Shown: piece by piece, positions 25,358 to 40,699 of the stretch | How positions within the stretch are numbered: the stretch's first letter is position 1 | Layout: every line of letters starts with the position of its first letter | Origin: Vicugna vicugna | Lineage: Eukaryota | Direction: 5' to 3' | DNA: 64,000 nucleotides | Assembly (NCBI GenBank): GCA_013265495.1 | Contig: MU058337.1 | Coordinates: 5,934,716-5,998,715, forward strand | Translations under genes and position numbers: made by a program | The notes under the pieces: generated by a model | Told to the model about the DNA's origin: nothing | What the model saw: only the letters and a program-made list of their open reading frames with translations | The model's database searches: none

Positions 25358-25744
25358 CTGAAGTAGAAAGAAAACAAAAAGTTAATAACTTTATATTATT
25401 CTCTCTCAGTAACCTGATTTTCCTTTGACATTAAGTGTGCAGAATAAAACTGCCAAAGACTGTACTTCAGAACACTTTAATTCAAAAGGTCCTATCCTTG
25501 GGAAAAAAGCCTTCAGATATAAAGTAGAGAGATTAAAACCCAAAAAACTACACACACAGACACTCCAAAGGAAACAGAAGGCATTCTGGGGTAACTGTGG
25601 TGCCATCACCCACTCTGGAAATTTGAGTTGCTTAACTGTATACAATCCTTCAAAAACTAACCTTCCTTAAGCAATATTAATTTATTTTCATTATTTGGTT
25701 ATTGTCTAAGACTTGTTTTTCAAACCTTACAATATCAGTTTGCT

Positions 25745-25950
25745 TTTTCCCAGGTTTATTAAGTTATCATCAGTATGCAAAAAACTGCACGTAATTACTG
25801 TATACAATTTGATGAGTTTGGACACATTTATTCATTCATGTTGCCGTCATCACAATCAAGGTAATAAACATATCCCTCATCTCCAAAAATGTCCTTGTGC
25901 CCTTTGGTTTTGTTTTGTTTTTTTGTTTGTATGTCTGGGTGAGAAAACAA
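25745..25950 (-). mobile_element. L1 (L1MA/MB-like) 3'-end fragment
   Basis: tatacaatttgatgagtttggaca...cacaatcaaggtaataaacatatcc is a typical antisense L1 3' end. Confidence 0.7.
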
Positions 25951-28900
25951 CATCAATGATGCTAGTCTTCACACACAGGTCTGTACTTGCAAATGATCAA
26001 TAGTACAGAAAACTGAGACAAGAAAATTGGGACAAGCAGCCAGAGACAAAAACATTTTTGGAATACAAATGTTTCTCACAACTTTTTAATGTAACAAAAT
26101 TTTAATGATTTCTGAATTAATCTAATTTAAGCACTGCATATTTACATTATTTGAGAAGTAATATTTACTAGGCACTACACATGTAGTATCCAGTCTCTGA
26201 CTTAAGTCTTATTCAAAAAAAAAAAAATTCCAGGCTACGTTTTAATTTAACCCCCTTGAATTTCAAAGGAGTCTCTGCATAGTCATATAAAAAGTCATAG
26301 TCACAAAAACTACGTTTTTGATTCAAATCACAATGTCTAATGGAGGACAATTAATTTAGGTGAATATTTGTATTTGGCCCACTACTCACTGATTTATTTT
26401 CTGAAGATGAAGAGACGTTTTAAATACTATTAGAAGTAAAAATTAAAGTTTAAAAATGCGCCAACAAATCAAGAATAATGCACACTGTAGGCCCGGAAGA
26501 TTCTTTTTTGGCAATTTGAGGATGATTGTTTCAGAGGACAGAGCTCCACACAGGAGAGCTTGAAAGAACACCAGGGGAGCATCCAGGAGGGAGAGGAGGA
26601 GGGAGAGAGAGAGAAGGCGTGAGGCAGAGAGGAGGAAAGGGAGGAAGGTGACTCTGTGATCCGGCCTGACCTACACTGGCACCTCTTCCAGAGGGTTTTT
26701 GTCTGTTTATGCTTGTTTCCCTCATTGGCCTGTGAGCTCCTAAAAAGCCAAGATCATGCCTTTTTTTTTTATCCCCAGCCCCCAGCACAGGTTGGGAAGA
26801 AAAGGCTGAGGGGGAAAGTAGGAAAGAATCAGAGGAGCGTCCACAATGTGCCAAAGGAGAGGCCACGCCTCCCCAGGGACAGGCATGAGCCACTGACGGA
26901 GAGCGAGCCTCCAGCTCCCGGGCTGTACCTGGCTGTCTGGGACTATGTGGGTGACCTCACTGCACTTCACCTGGTTCACCTTCAGATGAGGTTAACACCC
27001 CAACCCCTCAGGAATATCGCGATGACAGAAACAACTGCATGGCGAGATGACTGCACAACACGGCTCGCTTCAGTCGTTGTGACCCTCGATAATTATGGCA
27101 CCGTCTTGCTCAAGACTGCTCCACGGTTTTCTACTTGACATCACTTTAAACCTTAATCAACCTATCATTCAAGTTCCTTAAAAAATAAGGCCCCATTCTT
27201 TGTATTTAACTTTGTTTCTGATTATTCTCTGAGTTGTTCATCTGCTAGGGCCAAGCCCTTAAACTCCTTCCCAAACCAAAGTGGGCCAAGCCAAGCTAAC
27301 ACAAGTGGGAGAACTACGCACACTGGTTGCAACTCAGGCTCTGGTGACTCGCAGAAAATCCAGCTCTGCCAATATTTAGTTCCGACCTTGAGCAAAAGTC
27401 TATTTCCTTATGTGTAAAAGTAAGATAACAATAGTGTCTGTATCATAGTGACGAACTGAGAATTAAATAACGCGTGTAAGTGTTCATTTTTATTATTATG
27501 ATTAGTGCCAACTTTGGGCCTACACTCTTGTTTTCCCTCATAACTGAAATCCCTTTAAGGGAACTTTAGATTTCTTCTCTCTGCTTCTCAAACTAACAAA
27601 TTTTTCAAAAAGAATATTCTTTCTCTCATAAACTGTTTCCTAATTATAGTACAAACTTCAGTGATCTCCCTTGCACTTAACCTGGCATATGCTTAGCATT
27701 TTTCACAATTTAGTGGCCCAATAACTCTTTCAAGGAAATGGGGAAACCCCTTTTTAGTTATGCAACAAGCTTCTGTTTTCGGACAAGTTGGGAAGTCGCT
27801 GATCCTGACATCCTGTTCAAAACCCAAACACATTTTCCCAGAGAAAGCAATCCTACAGACGGTGGCTAGATGTAGCTGCCACTCTTCGGAACCTAACTGC
27901 TGTTTATTTTTCCATTGTTTTATTTTGACCCACATCTGTTTCATATATGTTAGAACCCGCCCCGAGAGGGAACTGCAGAGAGAGCAGAGGCTCTTCTGAG
28001 TAAAAAATGCTGAGGTCTAACCTCAGCCCATCTCTTACTAGCATTGTACAGGGGAACTCATTCAGTCCTTTTGAACTGAAATCTCCACACCTGTCAGATG
28101 ACAGTCCGAGCAGAGTCGGCAAGGCAACGGGCAAGCTGTTGCTTCTCCCGAGCATTCAACTCCTGAAGCAGCACTTTTCTAACAATTTCTTTCAAGGTGA
28201 TGTGTTCATAGGATGTAAGAAAGAGGCTTCTCTGTGAAAGCAAGACCTTCAGATACCAAGAGGGTCAAACTGGGGAATCTCTTTATGAGTTCAGTCTTCT
28301 ACAAAGAAAATTTGCTAAGATTCCTTCTGGCTTTACATTAAGTTTGAAAGAAGTTTTGTTTTTAAATAAAATGGACGGGGTTTGTCGTACATGCCCAGTC
28401 AATACACTCGGCAATAAAAATAAACCGTTAACTATAAACAAAACAACACACACCAACCCCAAAGTATATGTCCTCTATTTCTGCAAAATTACTGATACCA
28501 TATTAACAATAATTACCTTGAAACATTGATATTAACTCCACCAGCACAAACATGTTTAAAATGGTAATGATTACCTAAAGTTGTATTTTAAATTTTAGAG
28601 AAGAATTATATTTCTTCATTAAATCCAAAAGAGTCTCAAAGAAGATTTTATGAACAACTGTCTGAAAAGGGGGACGTCTTGGAGCTTTACTCAACTCACA
28701 ACAGTAAAGATACACAGGAAAACAGCCTCCTTTACTTGGCTAGTGAATGTGTTATGTGTCTAGTGAAAGAGGTTGCCATCTGATCAAAAATGTCATCTGT
28801 GCAACTTATCAGTTAATTGTAAAGCTAACATCATTTAAGCTACTACTTAAAACAAACTAAAAAAAAAAAGTAAAAAAGAATTCACATAAGCAGCTACTCA

Positions 28901-30389
28901 CAAAGCAAATCAAACAATAGCTTTTACTCAGACCTGTCCACTTTGATTACCATCAGCCAGCCAGAATGAACATGCTCAATAAAACTAAATTTTTCTATAT
29001 TCTATGGTAAAAACTGTCAGCTGATTGTCACAAATGTTAATGCTAATACATTTAAACTTATTAGAATATTTTACTCAAAAAGGTGCAAGTAATATTAACT
29101 CAAATATGTTGCTATTACGTGTCATTTGTTAAAGCAGATTTTGTATAAACGTAACTAACAGCATCTTTACTCATCAAGGATTATAAGCATCTCAAAACCA
29201 TATTATCAGATACTGAGAAAAGCTGGTTTTCAATTGTGCCATTATTACCTATTTAGGAGTGAAATACTGAGTTAAAACAATGTTAGTGGTCACAGAATCA
29301 TTAAGCGATCCTTCATCATAACTTTCACAGTGGGTGGTCTGTAAAATGATCAAGAATAATATGCTGCATTCCATGGTCGCGGAGGTCAGTTTCTGCATAC
29401 AAATCTTTGCAGGAAGAAAAAGGCCTTCAGAAAAGTGGGCCATTCATCTGCACCAAGTTCAGAGAATTTCCAGCACGGTGAAAAGATACGTTATGCAAGC
29501 ACATAGATGTATTCAGTGGGGGTGGACAGAACCAGCTACATGGAGACTACAAAGGAGCCCTCCCATGGCTCATGAATAAGTCGAGGAAATGATCAGAAAA
29601 AAAAAGAGAGGGATGTTTAGACAGATGGCCCACTTAAAATGCCTGAGACAGGGCATAAGCAATTTTAATGAAACTTTAGATCTAGCATATGAATTGTGTC
29701 TTACTTCCTCCAGGAAAAAAAAAACCCAAAGAAGACAAAAATTCAACAATCTGCTGAAAAACCCACTTTTAGCAAGTTGGAATGAGGAAGAGTAACAAAT
29801 AATAGATTTATTAGGGCAATAAATTCACATAAAAATTCTTCACAGGGCCATGAGCTATCAAAACGAATATTAAAAGCATGGAATGAACAGATTAAAAGAA
29901 TTTTAAACAGAAGTCTACTGCCAAACCAAACAAAACTCTAAGCCTTATTATGTGAGAACTTACAACACTCCAACATTAAAGTTCATCACTGCAGAAGAGA
30001 GATAAAAGCAGCATTTTCAGAGAACCTCTTCAAAGCTAGAACTTGTCATAGTGGAGGAACAGAATTCTGCCTATGTGCAATCTAAAATGTGCGCGTCAGA
30101 ACATCTGAGACTGTGGAGAAGAATGTATCACAAAGTAGCACCTAGAAAGAGTGAGGGAACCCCCCCAAGTCTGGGGTCACCAGCACTACTAATAACTACA
30201 CAAATGATGCCTGAATCTAGAAACAAGTAGTGTTACTTACAATATTCAACAATGTTATGCAAACCCTATTTCCTTCTTCCACCAATAAGGGTTTATGGTT
30301 CTCCACTTAAATTCTGGGCACAACCAGCAGGAAAGGTAACGATGGTGCACAGCCACCAGCCCTGCAGGCCCTAGCGTCTGACGGACCAC

Positions 30390-30570
30390 TGACCATTGAT
30401 CACAAAGGCCACGTGACCTTGACAAGTCACTATACTCCTTGTGGCTCAGTTTCCTTATTAGTAAGACAAAGATAATAAGAATACTTAGTTCACATGCAGA
30501 TTAAATGAAATAAAAGGAGTAAAATGCTTAGACTGGTGCTTGGCACATAAAAGCTAAATAAGAGTTACTA
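30390..30570 (+). mobile_element. MIR SINE fragment
   Basis: gtgaccttgacaagtcact...ctcagtttcctt...gtgcttggcacata. Confidence 0.7.
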
Positions 30571-30629
30571 CCATCTTTATCATGATTTGTTTGGTACAAT
30601 AATACCTGAAATCCTCCTGTATTATTTCA

Positions 30630-32780
30630 ACAAAATATTTGTTAACATTAATATACAGTTTACATACAGTTAAATTCAAAAATCTGAAGTTTCATCATTT
30701 ATCTTTCCAGTAAATCTAACCCTTTCCCGCAACAGCCAACTATAGATTCCATTAAAGCATCAAGTAAATAAACTCCAAAAATATGAACTCTTGTGTGTGT
30801 TTTTTGCCCAATATAGTGTTTCTGAGGTTCACTCATGTTGAATAATTCATCCTTTTTGATTGCTGAGTAGTATTCTATTGTATAAGCATACTAAAATTAG
30901 ATTGTTTCCAGTTTGGGGCTCTTATGAACAAAGCTTCTATAAACCTTTGTGTGAGTCTTTTTTGAGGACTTGTTTTCACTGCTTGCGGCAAAAAAAAAAA
31001 CAAACAAACAAACAAACAAAAAAAAAACTAGGAGTGGAAATCTATAGTAAATGTATGTTTAATTTTATGAAAACTGCTAAACTGTTTTCCAAAGCATTAA
31101 AATATATCCACACTCTCATTAGCAATGGAGTTTGTTCCATAACCTTGCCACCATTTGCTGGTATTAGTCTTTCTACTTCTAGCCAGGCTAGCGGTAGAGA
31201 AACCACATCTCATTATGGCTTAGTATGCATTTCCCCTGTGACTAACAATGTTGAGCACCTCAACATGAGTGTTTATGGGCCACTTGAATTCAAGTTTTTG
31301 CGCACTTGATATTACGATATTGGCCTTATTATTGACGTGTGGGAGTTCTTTGTTTTGAATAGAAAGCCTTTGTGACATTTATATACTAAGAATGTTTTCT
31401 TCCCCTTTATGGCCTATTAATTTTCTTAAAAATGTCTTACTTTCAGGATTTAAAAAAAAATACTTAATTTTTTAGAGCAGTTTAAGTTTCAGAAAAATGG
31501 AGCAGGAATTACAGAGAGTTCCTATATATACCCTCATGTACCCCACCGCTACACAGTGTCCCTTTTAATTAACATCTTGCCTTGCTACAGAACATTCGTT
31601 ACAACTGATGAACTGATGTACATTATTTAATTAACTGAAGTCCACAGTTTACATCTGGGTTCACTCTTTGTGTTCTACATTGTAGGGTTTGAACAAACGT
31701 ACAACATACATCTACCATCAAAGTACCATATACAATGGTTTCCTTGCCCTAAAAATCCCCAGTGTTCCCTTCCTTCCTCACCCACACCGAATCCCTGACA
31801 ACCACTGATCTTTACTGCCTCCATAGTTTTGCCTTTTCCAGAATGTTGTAGAGCTAGAATCATTCAGAATACACAGTCTTTTCAGACTGGCTTTTCATTT
31901 AGCATTATGCATTTAAGGTTCCTCCATGTCTTTTTGTGTTCTGATAGCTTACTTCTTTTGATTGTTGAACAATATTCCATTTTCTGGATGTACCAGTTAA
32001 TACACCCATTCAACTAGTGAAGGATATCTTGCTTACTTTTAAGTTTTGGCAATTATGAGCAAAGCTGCTATAAACAGGTTTTTGTGCAGGTTTTTGTGTG
32101 GGCATAAGGTTTTGGCTCCTTTGGATAATCACCAAGAAGTACAATTACTGGATCAGGTGAGAAAAGCATGCTTTTTGTTAGAATCTGTTGTCCTAAGCGG
32201 CTGTGCCATCTTGCATTCTCATTAGCAACAAATAAGAATTCCTGTTGCCCCATAGCCTCACAAGCATTTGGTATTGTCAGTGTTCGGGGCTTCAGACATT
32301 CTAACAAGCATGTAGTGATATCTCTTTGTTGTTTTAATGCAAGTTTTTAATATCATTAAAAACATTAATTTTTTCCTTATGTTTAGTGCTTTTATGTTCT
32401 TGCTAAGAAGTTTCTGATTATATCAAGATCCAGGAGATACACTTGTATTCTTTCCTTTAGAGGCTTTAAATGGACCTATGATTCATCTTCTCTAATTTTC
32501 CTTTGTTTTAGTTTTATTAGTTAAATCTTACAGTTTTCTAAAGTATTCTATTAAGTTGTCCTGGAAAACTTCCTTTCCCACCGCTATGCTTTATTGTTTT
32601 TTCATGACTTAATACTCTTACTAGGGACAGTCCTGAATTTATTTACAGTCTCTGCCTAAATATCTTCATGCTATATTAAATGGCACTTTAGTTTTCATTT
32701 TTAGCTTCTCATTTGCTACTGTATTGAAACACAACTTATATTTGATTGGCTTTTTATCCTGCAACTTTGCTATATTCGTA
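30630..32780 (-). mobile_element. Nested old L1s: L1MC-like 3' UTR (~31455-32345) inserted within an older L1 fragment
   Basis: Antisense L1 motifs (ttgctgagtagtattctattgtata; gcatttcccctgtgactaacaatgttgagca) are interrupted by tttttagagcagttt...acaaccactgatctttactg. Confidence 0.75.
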
Positions 32781-33149
32781 TCAGTCACACTCAAGGATAC
32801 AGTAGGAAATAAATGATGGAAAAAGACTGGATCATACATGTGCCACTTCTACCTGCCCGGTGGTAGAACAGGAACACTTGACATCTCTACTTACAAAGGC
32901 TATTCGTGTCACTGAATTGAGAGCACTCATGTAAACATTTTGTAATTATAGAAGAAATATTCTTTCTGGCGGGGCAAGAATTATTATTGGAAGCTAAAAT
33001 TAGTGGCTGAAAGTTTGGAGAAGAAATATTCTTAAAGAAGATTCCATCATGCTAGAGGAAAGAGTAATGATAGCTCATCTTAATTTCTAAATTTGAATTT
33101 CTATTACACTACTAGGAAATAAATTCTTAAATATAAACTGCCTAACAGC

Positions 33150-36100
33150 TTTTTAAAATTTTAAAGTTTTATTGACATAAAATTCACACATCATTAATTT
33201 AACTCATCTGAAGTGTACAATTCAATGGGTTTTAGTGAGTTGTGTATCACAACAACCAATTTAAAAACATTTTCATAACCCCACAAAGGAAACTCTGGAC
33301 CCATTAGCAGTTACTTCACATTCCCCCTCCAGCCCTACACAACTACTAACATACTTTCTATTTCTAACTTTGCTAATTCTAGACGCTTCATATAAATGGA
33401 ATCATAAAATTTGTAGTCTGCTTAATTTTTTCTGGTAAAGTGGTTTCAAATTTCATTCATGTTGTACGAAGCATCTCACTTATTTTTATTGCTGAGTAAC
33501 AGTCCATTTTATAAATATATCACATTTTATTTAATATATCTATTCATTGCTTCATGGACATTAGGGTTGTTTCCACTGTCTAATTATGAAAATGCCCACT
33601 ATGAACATTTGTATACAGCATTCATGTGGACATAAGGGTTAATTTCCCTTGGGCATACATACCTGAGAGTGGAATAGCTGGGTCATGTGGTATTTCTTAC
33701 ATTTTTAGAAACTTTCCAGGTCTGCATCATTTACTCATAAATTCCCACCAGAAATGTATAAGCGTTACAATTTCTCCACATCACTGCCAGCACTTTGCTA
33801 CTGTCTTTTTGATTATAGCCATCCTAGTGTATGGAAAGTGGTATCTCACTGTGATTTTGACTTGCATTTCCCTAATGACTAATGATGCTGAGCATCTTTT
33901 CATGGGCTTGTTGACCATTTGTATATTGTTTAGAAAATTTTCTATTCACGTACTTCATCCACTTTTTAATTGGGTTTTCTATTGAGTTGTAAGATTTCTT
34001 TATATATTCTAGATAAAAGTCTCTTATCAAATATATGATTTGCAAGTATTTTCTTCCTTTCTATAGGCTGTCTTTTCACTTACTTCATGCTGTCCCTTAA
34101 AACAAAAGTTCTTAACTTGATGAAATCTAATTTATTATTTTTCTTTTGTTGCTTATGCACTTGGCATCTTACATAAGAAATCACTGACTAACCAAAAGTA
34201 ACAAAGATTAACTCCTATGTTTCCTTCTAAGAGTTTTGTAGTTTAGCTTAGTTTCATGCTTTGTTTTAAAGTTCATGTCTGAACGGTGTAGGGAGGAGAC
34301 CAACTTCAGTCTTTTACATGAAGATATCTAGTTGCCCCAGCAGTATTTATTGGAAACAATTATAATTTACCCACTGAATTGTCTTCATACACTTGTTGAA
34401 ATCAAGTGATCATAGTTTAACAATTTATTTTTGGACTCTCAGTTCTGTTCCATTGACCAACACATCTATTCCGATGCCAGTGCCACACTGTCTCGATCAC
34501 TGTAACTTTGTAGTAAGTTTTGAAATCAGGAAGTATGAGTCCCCCAGTTTTGTTCATCAATTTCAAGACAGCTTTGGTTATGCTGAGTCTCTTGCATTTT
34601 CTTAGGAATTTTGGAATCAGATGATTATTTCTGCAAGAAACACAGCTGAGATTTCAACAGGGACTGAATCAAATCTGTGTATCATGTTGGCAAGTATTGC
34701 AGTCTTAATACTAGATTTTCTGATCCATGAACTTGATGACATGAGATATTACACTTCTTTTTTAAAACTTTGTGTTTTAAGTATTGTATTCTTTTGGGGG
34801 CTATTAAATAAAATTTAAATTTTATTTTTGGTTTGCACACAGCTACTGTATAAAAATGAAATCGATATTTACATATCATTCTTATATTCTACAACCTTGA
34901 AAAGTCATTTACTAGTTTTAATTTTTTTGTGAATTCCTTAAGATTATCTACATACAAGATGTCACCCTCAAATATAGTTTTACTTCGCCCTCATCTTGAT
35001 ACCTTTAATTTTTCTTGCCAAACTGCCCTAGATAGGAACTCCAGTACAATGTTGAAAAAAGTTTAACAACAAACATCCTTGTCCTATTCCTGATCTTCCA
35101 AAAAACACTCTGTTGTATCTTATTAAATATGATGTTAACTGTGGGTTCTTCATAGATGGGCTTCTATTCCTAATCAGTTGACTGTTTTTATCATGAGAGG
35201 CTGCTAGATTTTGCCAAATGTTTTTTTCTGCATTTACTGAGATAATCCTGTGATTTTTGTTCTTTATTCCATTAATGTATCACATTGATTGATTTTTGGC
35301 TGTTAAACGAATCCAGGATAAAACTCACTTGGTTATGGTACATAATCATCTTACATATTCATGAATTAAGTTTGCTAATATTTTGTTGAAAATTTTCATA
35401 TTAATATTTATGAGGGATATTGGTCTTCAGTTTTCCTTTCTTGTAACATCTTTACCTGGTTTTGGTATCACAGTAATACTGGCCTTGGAGAATGAGTTGC
35501 AAATATTTTCACACTTTTTTATTTTTTGGAAGAGTTTTTGTAGAAGATTAGCATTAATTAATTTATTTCTAGATCCATCACTGAATTCACCAGTGAAGCC
35601 AGCTAGTCCAGGGCTCTACTTCCTAGGAAGTTTTGTGATGTCTAATTCAATCTCTTTCAGGTCTATTCAGATTTTCTATTTCCTCTTGAGTCAGTGTCAG
35701 TAGCTTGCATCTTTCTAGGAATTTCTTCATTTTATCTAAATTATTTAACTTGCTGGCGTACAATTGTTCACATTATTCTCTTACAATCTTTTCAAATTCT
35801 GCAAGGTCAATATGTATAACCCTTTTTTCATTATTGATTTTAGCTATCTGAGTCTCCTCTTTTTATCTTTTTTCTTCTTCTATTCCTCTACTACTGTCTT
35901 TTTTTGTTTATATAGTTTTTTCTAATGTAACATTTTAACTCCCTTGATAGTTCATTTACTATTTTTCAAAAGCTACATACTTAGTGGTTACGCTGGGAAT
36001 TACAATTAGCACCTTATATTTAAACACTATAGTTTAGACTAATGTTAACTTAATTGCAATAGTGTATAGAAATTTGCTCCAATATAGCTTCATTTTCTCT

Positions 36101-37260
36101 GCTATTTGTCTTATGGTCATACAAGTTATATGTGTATATATTGTGTGCCTATCAACTTAGAACTGTAATTACTGCATCATGCAGTTGTCTTTTAAATCAG
36201 AGAAAAAGAAAAAAGATGCTACAAACTAAAAATACATTTATACTGTCTTTTGTATTTACTGATGTAGTAATCTTTTACCATCGCTCTTCATTACTTCACC
36301 TGTATTTAAGTTTCTGTTGTCCTTCGTTTCACCCTGAAGGACTTCCTTTCATATTTTTTGTTGGGTAGGTCTGCTAGCAATGGATTCTTTGGGGTTTTGT
36401 TTACCTAAGAAAGTCTTAATAACTCCATTGTGTTTAAAAGGTAGTTTTAATGGATATAGAATTCTTTGTTGACTTTCTCTTTATCAATTCTTCAGTACTT
36501 TATATACACCATTCCATTCTCTTCTGGACCCCTTGGTATCTGATGACATGTGAGCTCTTAATATTACTGAGGATGCCTTTTGCATGATGAGTTATTTTCC
36601 TTTTGTTTCTTTCAAGATTCTTTTTGGTGTTTGATAGTTTGACTATAACGTGTGAAGGTGTGGATCTCTTTGAGCTTACCCTACTTTGGAGTTTATCAAG
36701 CTTCTTGAATGTGCAGATTAATGTTTTCCATCAAATTTAGTTTGTTTTCAGCCATAATTTCTTTAAATATTCTCTGCTCCTTTATCTTTTTTCTCTTCTC
36801 CTGGGACTCTTAGCACGTATGCTGGTACATCTGATGGTGTCCCACAGGTCTCTGAGGCTCTGTTCATTTTTCTTCAGTTTTCTTTCTGTTCCTCACACTG
36901 GATCATCTCAACTAATATATCTTCAAATTTGCTGCTTGTCTCTTCTGCCACTCAGATCTACTGTTGAGTTTCTCAGTGCTTTGTTTATTGTAGCACTGTA
37001 CTTTCATCTCTGGAATTTTTATTTGCTATCCCTTTAGTGATATATTCTATTTAGTGAGATATGGCTAGCATACTATCCTTTAATTCTTCATATCGGGTTT
37101 CCTTCAGTCCTTGGAACAAATTTTTTATTTAAGGTCGCTGTAAAGTAAGTACATTTGGGCCTCCTCTCAGGCAGTTTCTACTGACTTTTTATCCTGAGAA
37201 TGGGTCATACTTGCATGTTTCTTTGCATGTCCTGTAACTTTTGTGGATGTCTTGGTAATG
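33150..37260 (-). mobile_element. Old L1: 3' end and ORF2 part (~33150-35830) joined to an ORF1-region piece (~35880-37260)
   Basis: Antisense 3' UTR/ORF2 motifs. 36819-37037 is homologous, in inverted orientation, to the ORF1 region at 46744-47079. Confidence 0.85.
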
Positions 37261-40200
37261 TGGCACACCTGCAAATGGGATTCCTTCCCCAAGACAACCT
37301 GGAATTTTTCTCTAGCAGTCTTCAGAGCTGATAATTATCTGTTTAATGTCTACACATCTCCTTCTATTTTAAGCTTCCTAAAGGGCAGGAATTGTTTTAT
37401 TATTACTCCAACCCTAAGCATCTTATCACAAGGAGTACTATTTGTTATTTTGGAATGATGTAATAACTCTAATTCTGAAGTTAAGAAGTTACCATCATTA
37501 AAATATATATTCAGAAATTTACTGTATGAAAGAAAGTGACCTTTGTAAAGTATAGTCAGTATATGATCATCTAAACCAATGTTATCTAGATTAAGGGCCA
37601 TTAGTTAATATATCAACATTCAAGGTATGAAATTAGTCTGACATACTGTGAGAAACCAGAAATTCCAAAAAGCAATACATCAAAAAAGTTTTTTAAAGTA
37701 AAATGAAAAGGTGGTTTAAAAGAAAACATAGCTTAATTCAGAGTTTATCCTGTAGATTAATGTGAAAACTTCAATGATTATATAACAGAATATAAGGATA
37801 CTTAAACAGCTACTAAGATAATATCTTTCAAAACATTTTCAAAAAACATGTGTTACTAGTCTCTGCCCTTCCTTTTCTTATACATTTCTTTATATTTCTT
37901 AGAATATTCCAAATTTCATAAAATTTATTCACAGAACAAATTTTACTGAAACTACTATTAGGGATAAAGATGAAAAGGTAGCTCTATAAATAGAACTTCA
38001 AATATATTCAATCAAAGAATTAAGATTTAAACATATGCATTTTCACATTCACTAATATATAACACACACACACAAAAAAATTTTACAGAAAAATCAAGTA
38101 ATGCCTTCAAAAGGTAGATTTCTCCATTTGCACCACTTTCATTCCTGTTACACTCTTACTTAACTCACTAACAAATCTCTCTAAACCAACTTTAAATGTT
38201 TTTTTTGAAACACGGCTAAGCATAAATATACAAATATTCATCCATTACCTAGAGAAAATCACCTTACACAGATTGGTTCACTTGGATTTTTAATAATAAT
38301 CTTTGAATTACATAAATTAATCATTTGACATTTTATTATGAATGTAGTGATAGTGTTGATTTAGTTTCAATTCAAAAATCAAGGATTTTATTATGCTATA
38401 AAACATACCCAGAGTTCAAAGTATTTAAGGGTGGTTAAACAAAATGCAAACATTTAATGCAACATTAAGCATGTGAAATAAAAACTTGATTGCCTAAAGA
38501 AAGCATGCTATGCTGTTACCCTGGTGACAGGTTAAAAAAGGGATTGTGAGCTGAATAGCTGTATGATATGAAATTAAAATGTTTCACATTGAACAATCCA
38601 AAATGAATTGGGAAAGGTTAGAGTAGAGGAGAGAGAAATCAATTCTCCAATGGCAATGGGTGAATGGGAAAGAAGCATGAATAGGATTTGCCAGTGGGGT
38701 GCAACAGCTGCCAAATATCCTGCAGCCAAAGAATTACAATAATACTGATGAAGTGTGCAAGAGCTTTTGGAATCATTGCAGGGAACAGAGAAATTCTCCT
38801 ACAATAATGAGGCTATTCTGTCTTCCATTCAGCTCTTAGTAGAATGAGAAGAAGAAAAATATTTAAAATGTAGTATTTAGCAAAAAGTGTACAAATATGA
38901 CATCTTATCCACTGAATCAATATTTCGTGCTTAATCTCACATAGGTTTATAAATCATCTAAGACATAGTCATATTAAGTAACTGAAGATACCGTAACAGA
39001 GATATTAGAAGTAAGGCAAACTTAAATGATAATGACTGAATTAGTATTTTTTTCCTTCTTGGTGCTTTTAGGGGATTTATTTGCTCAAATGAAAATAGGT
39101 ATCTCCAAAGGCATTCTATAGCTACGTATGGTTGTAAACACCCAAAGCACTATTTTTTATTATACAGTTAGTTCTCAGAACGTTAACTTCATTGTCATAA
39201 TGAAGTAGCTTCTCTGAGAACTTAAATGAAACAGCTATGATATAAAGTTACAATTTGTTGTCACAGATGGTGTAAATGTGTTCATAATTTGATATGTCCT
39301 TTTAAATTCAGAAATATTTAAGTAAAACAGTCAATACACACTGTACAACAATACTTGCTTTTCCTTGGGAATCACTTTCACATGGCTACTTTTTTCTGTT
39401 TCTTTCCCCAGTTATCTTTCATTGATTATGATCATCTTTCAAACCCTTAAACTTTTATCATCTAATTGAACACTTAATGAGTGAATGAACTATAAATCTA
39501 AAGCTAGAAATGGACATTCTTTTTTAATAACAACAACAAAAAAACCCAGATAATTGTATCTGGCAGGTAAAAGTCACTAAGAAATTGATTCTCCATTTTA
39601 TCAGGAAGCCAGATGAAGAAAGAAAATACAATACAAATGTGGACACAATGACTGCAATTCAGGTGAACTACTTTCCCATGTTGCTACTGTGACTAAAAGA
39701 GTTAAACTGATGACAGCTTCTGTAGCCAGCCGAGATACTTGATACGTATGTTCTACTAGGTACGAGCTCTTTCATTGGTTATGTATTGACTCCACACACC
39801 CAGAGTAATCGTCTACAAAAGTGAACACTGCATTCTTAAAAATCTTTCAGACTGAAGTCTTTTCATCAGTATTATCACAGGCCATAGAGAAGGTGTTCCT
39901 TTTCCTGACTCTTTAACCTCTGCTCAAATATCAAGAGAGAAAATAGAGGGTTTAAGTAGGAACCAGAAAGTAATAAGGCCTGCCTCATGCAATTCAATTA
40001 GGATCAGAGCTGGAAAAGATTTCAGCAGTCATCCAATCCAAAATGCCATTTCTTAGAAGAGGAAATTGAAGTCTACAGTTGAAGCATTTTGCACAAAGAC
40101 TTGTATCACTTTGATACTTGGTAGTGGTGCCAGGACCAAAATCCTGACTCCTGACACCTCACTCAGGGCTGGTCCCATTGCACCACACCAAGTAATACAA

Positions 40201-40607
40201 CATTTCAGTGCCAGATGAAGGAGCAAAAGAATCAAAGATGATATAATTTTCCTAGCCCGAATGACTGAATAGAATGATTGCCATAAATAAGGTAAGCTAT
40301 ACAGAATTCTGTGTACACATCGACAGTGCTGAATAGATGTGAGGTGCACAGCAGTACTCACCCTGCCAGGGACCACTAATATCACACAGCCTACTGCAAA
40401 TTAGCTCCCTGGCCTTATCAATCCTATAAGATCAAGATTTTCCATTGTATAGTAATTTTTTTAAAGAACTAATGTTGTACCATCCTTGAAAACCACTTTT
40501 TCAAAAACTAATACAGAGAAGTATTGACAAAATAATGGTATATGAAAAAAGGGGGGGCACTCTTTCAAGTAGAATGGCCCATTTTTTGTAAAATCAAAAT
40601 AAGACAT

Positions 40608-40658
40608 TATATATATATATATACACATACACACATACACACACACACACACACACAC
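40608..40658. repeat. Compound (TA)n/(CA)n microsatellite
   Basis: tatatatatatatatacacatacacacatacacacacacacacacacacac. Confidence 0.9.
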
Positions 40659-40699
40659 GCATACTGGAATCCTAAGAGTTGCCAGTACTTGCAGTCTCT

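Noticed and set aside
28095..28300. Exon-like minus-strand stretch (RSLFLTSYEHITLKEIVRKVLLQELNAREKQQLARC...) after AG acceptors
   Set aside because: Not PCCA sequence, no recognisable homology, ends in a stop, and exons 18 and 19 already join in frame.
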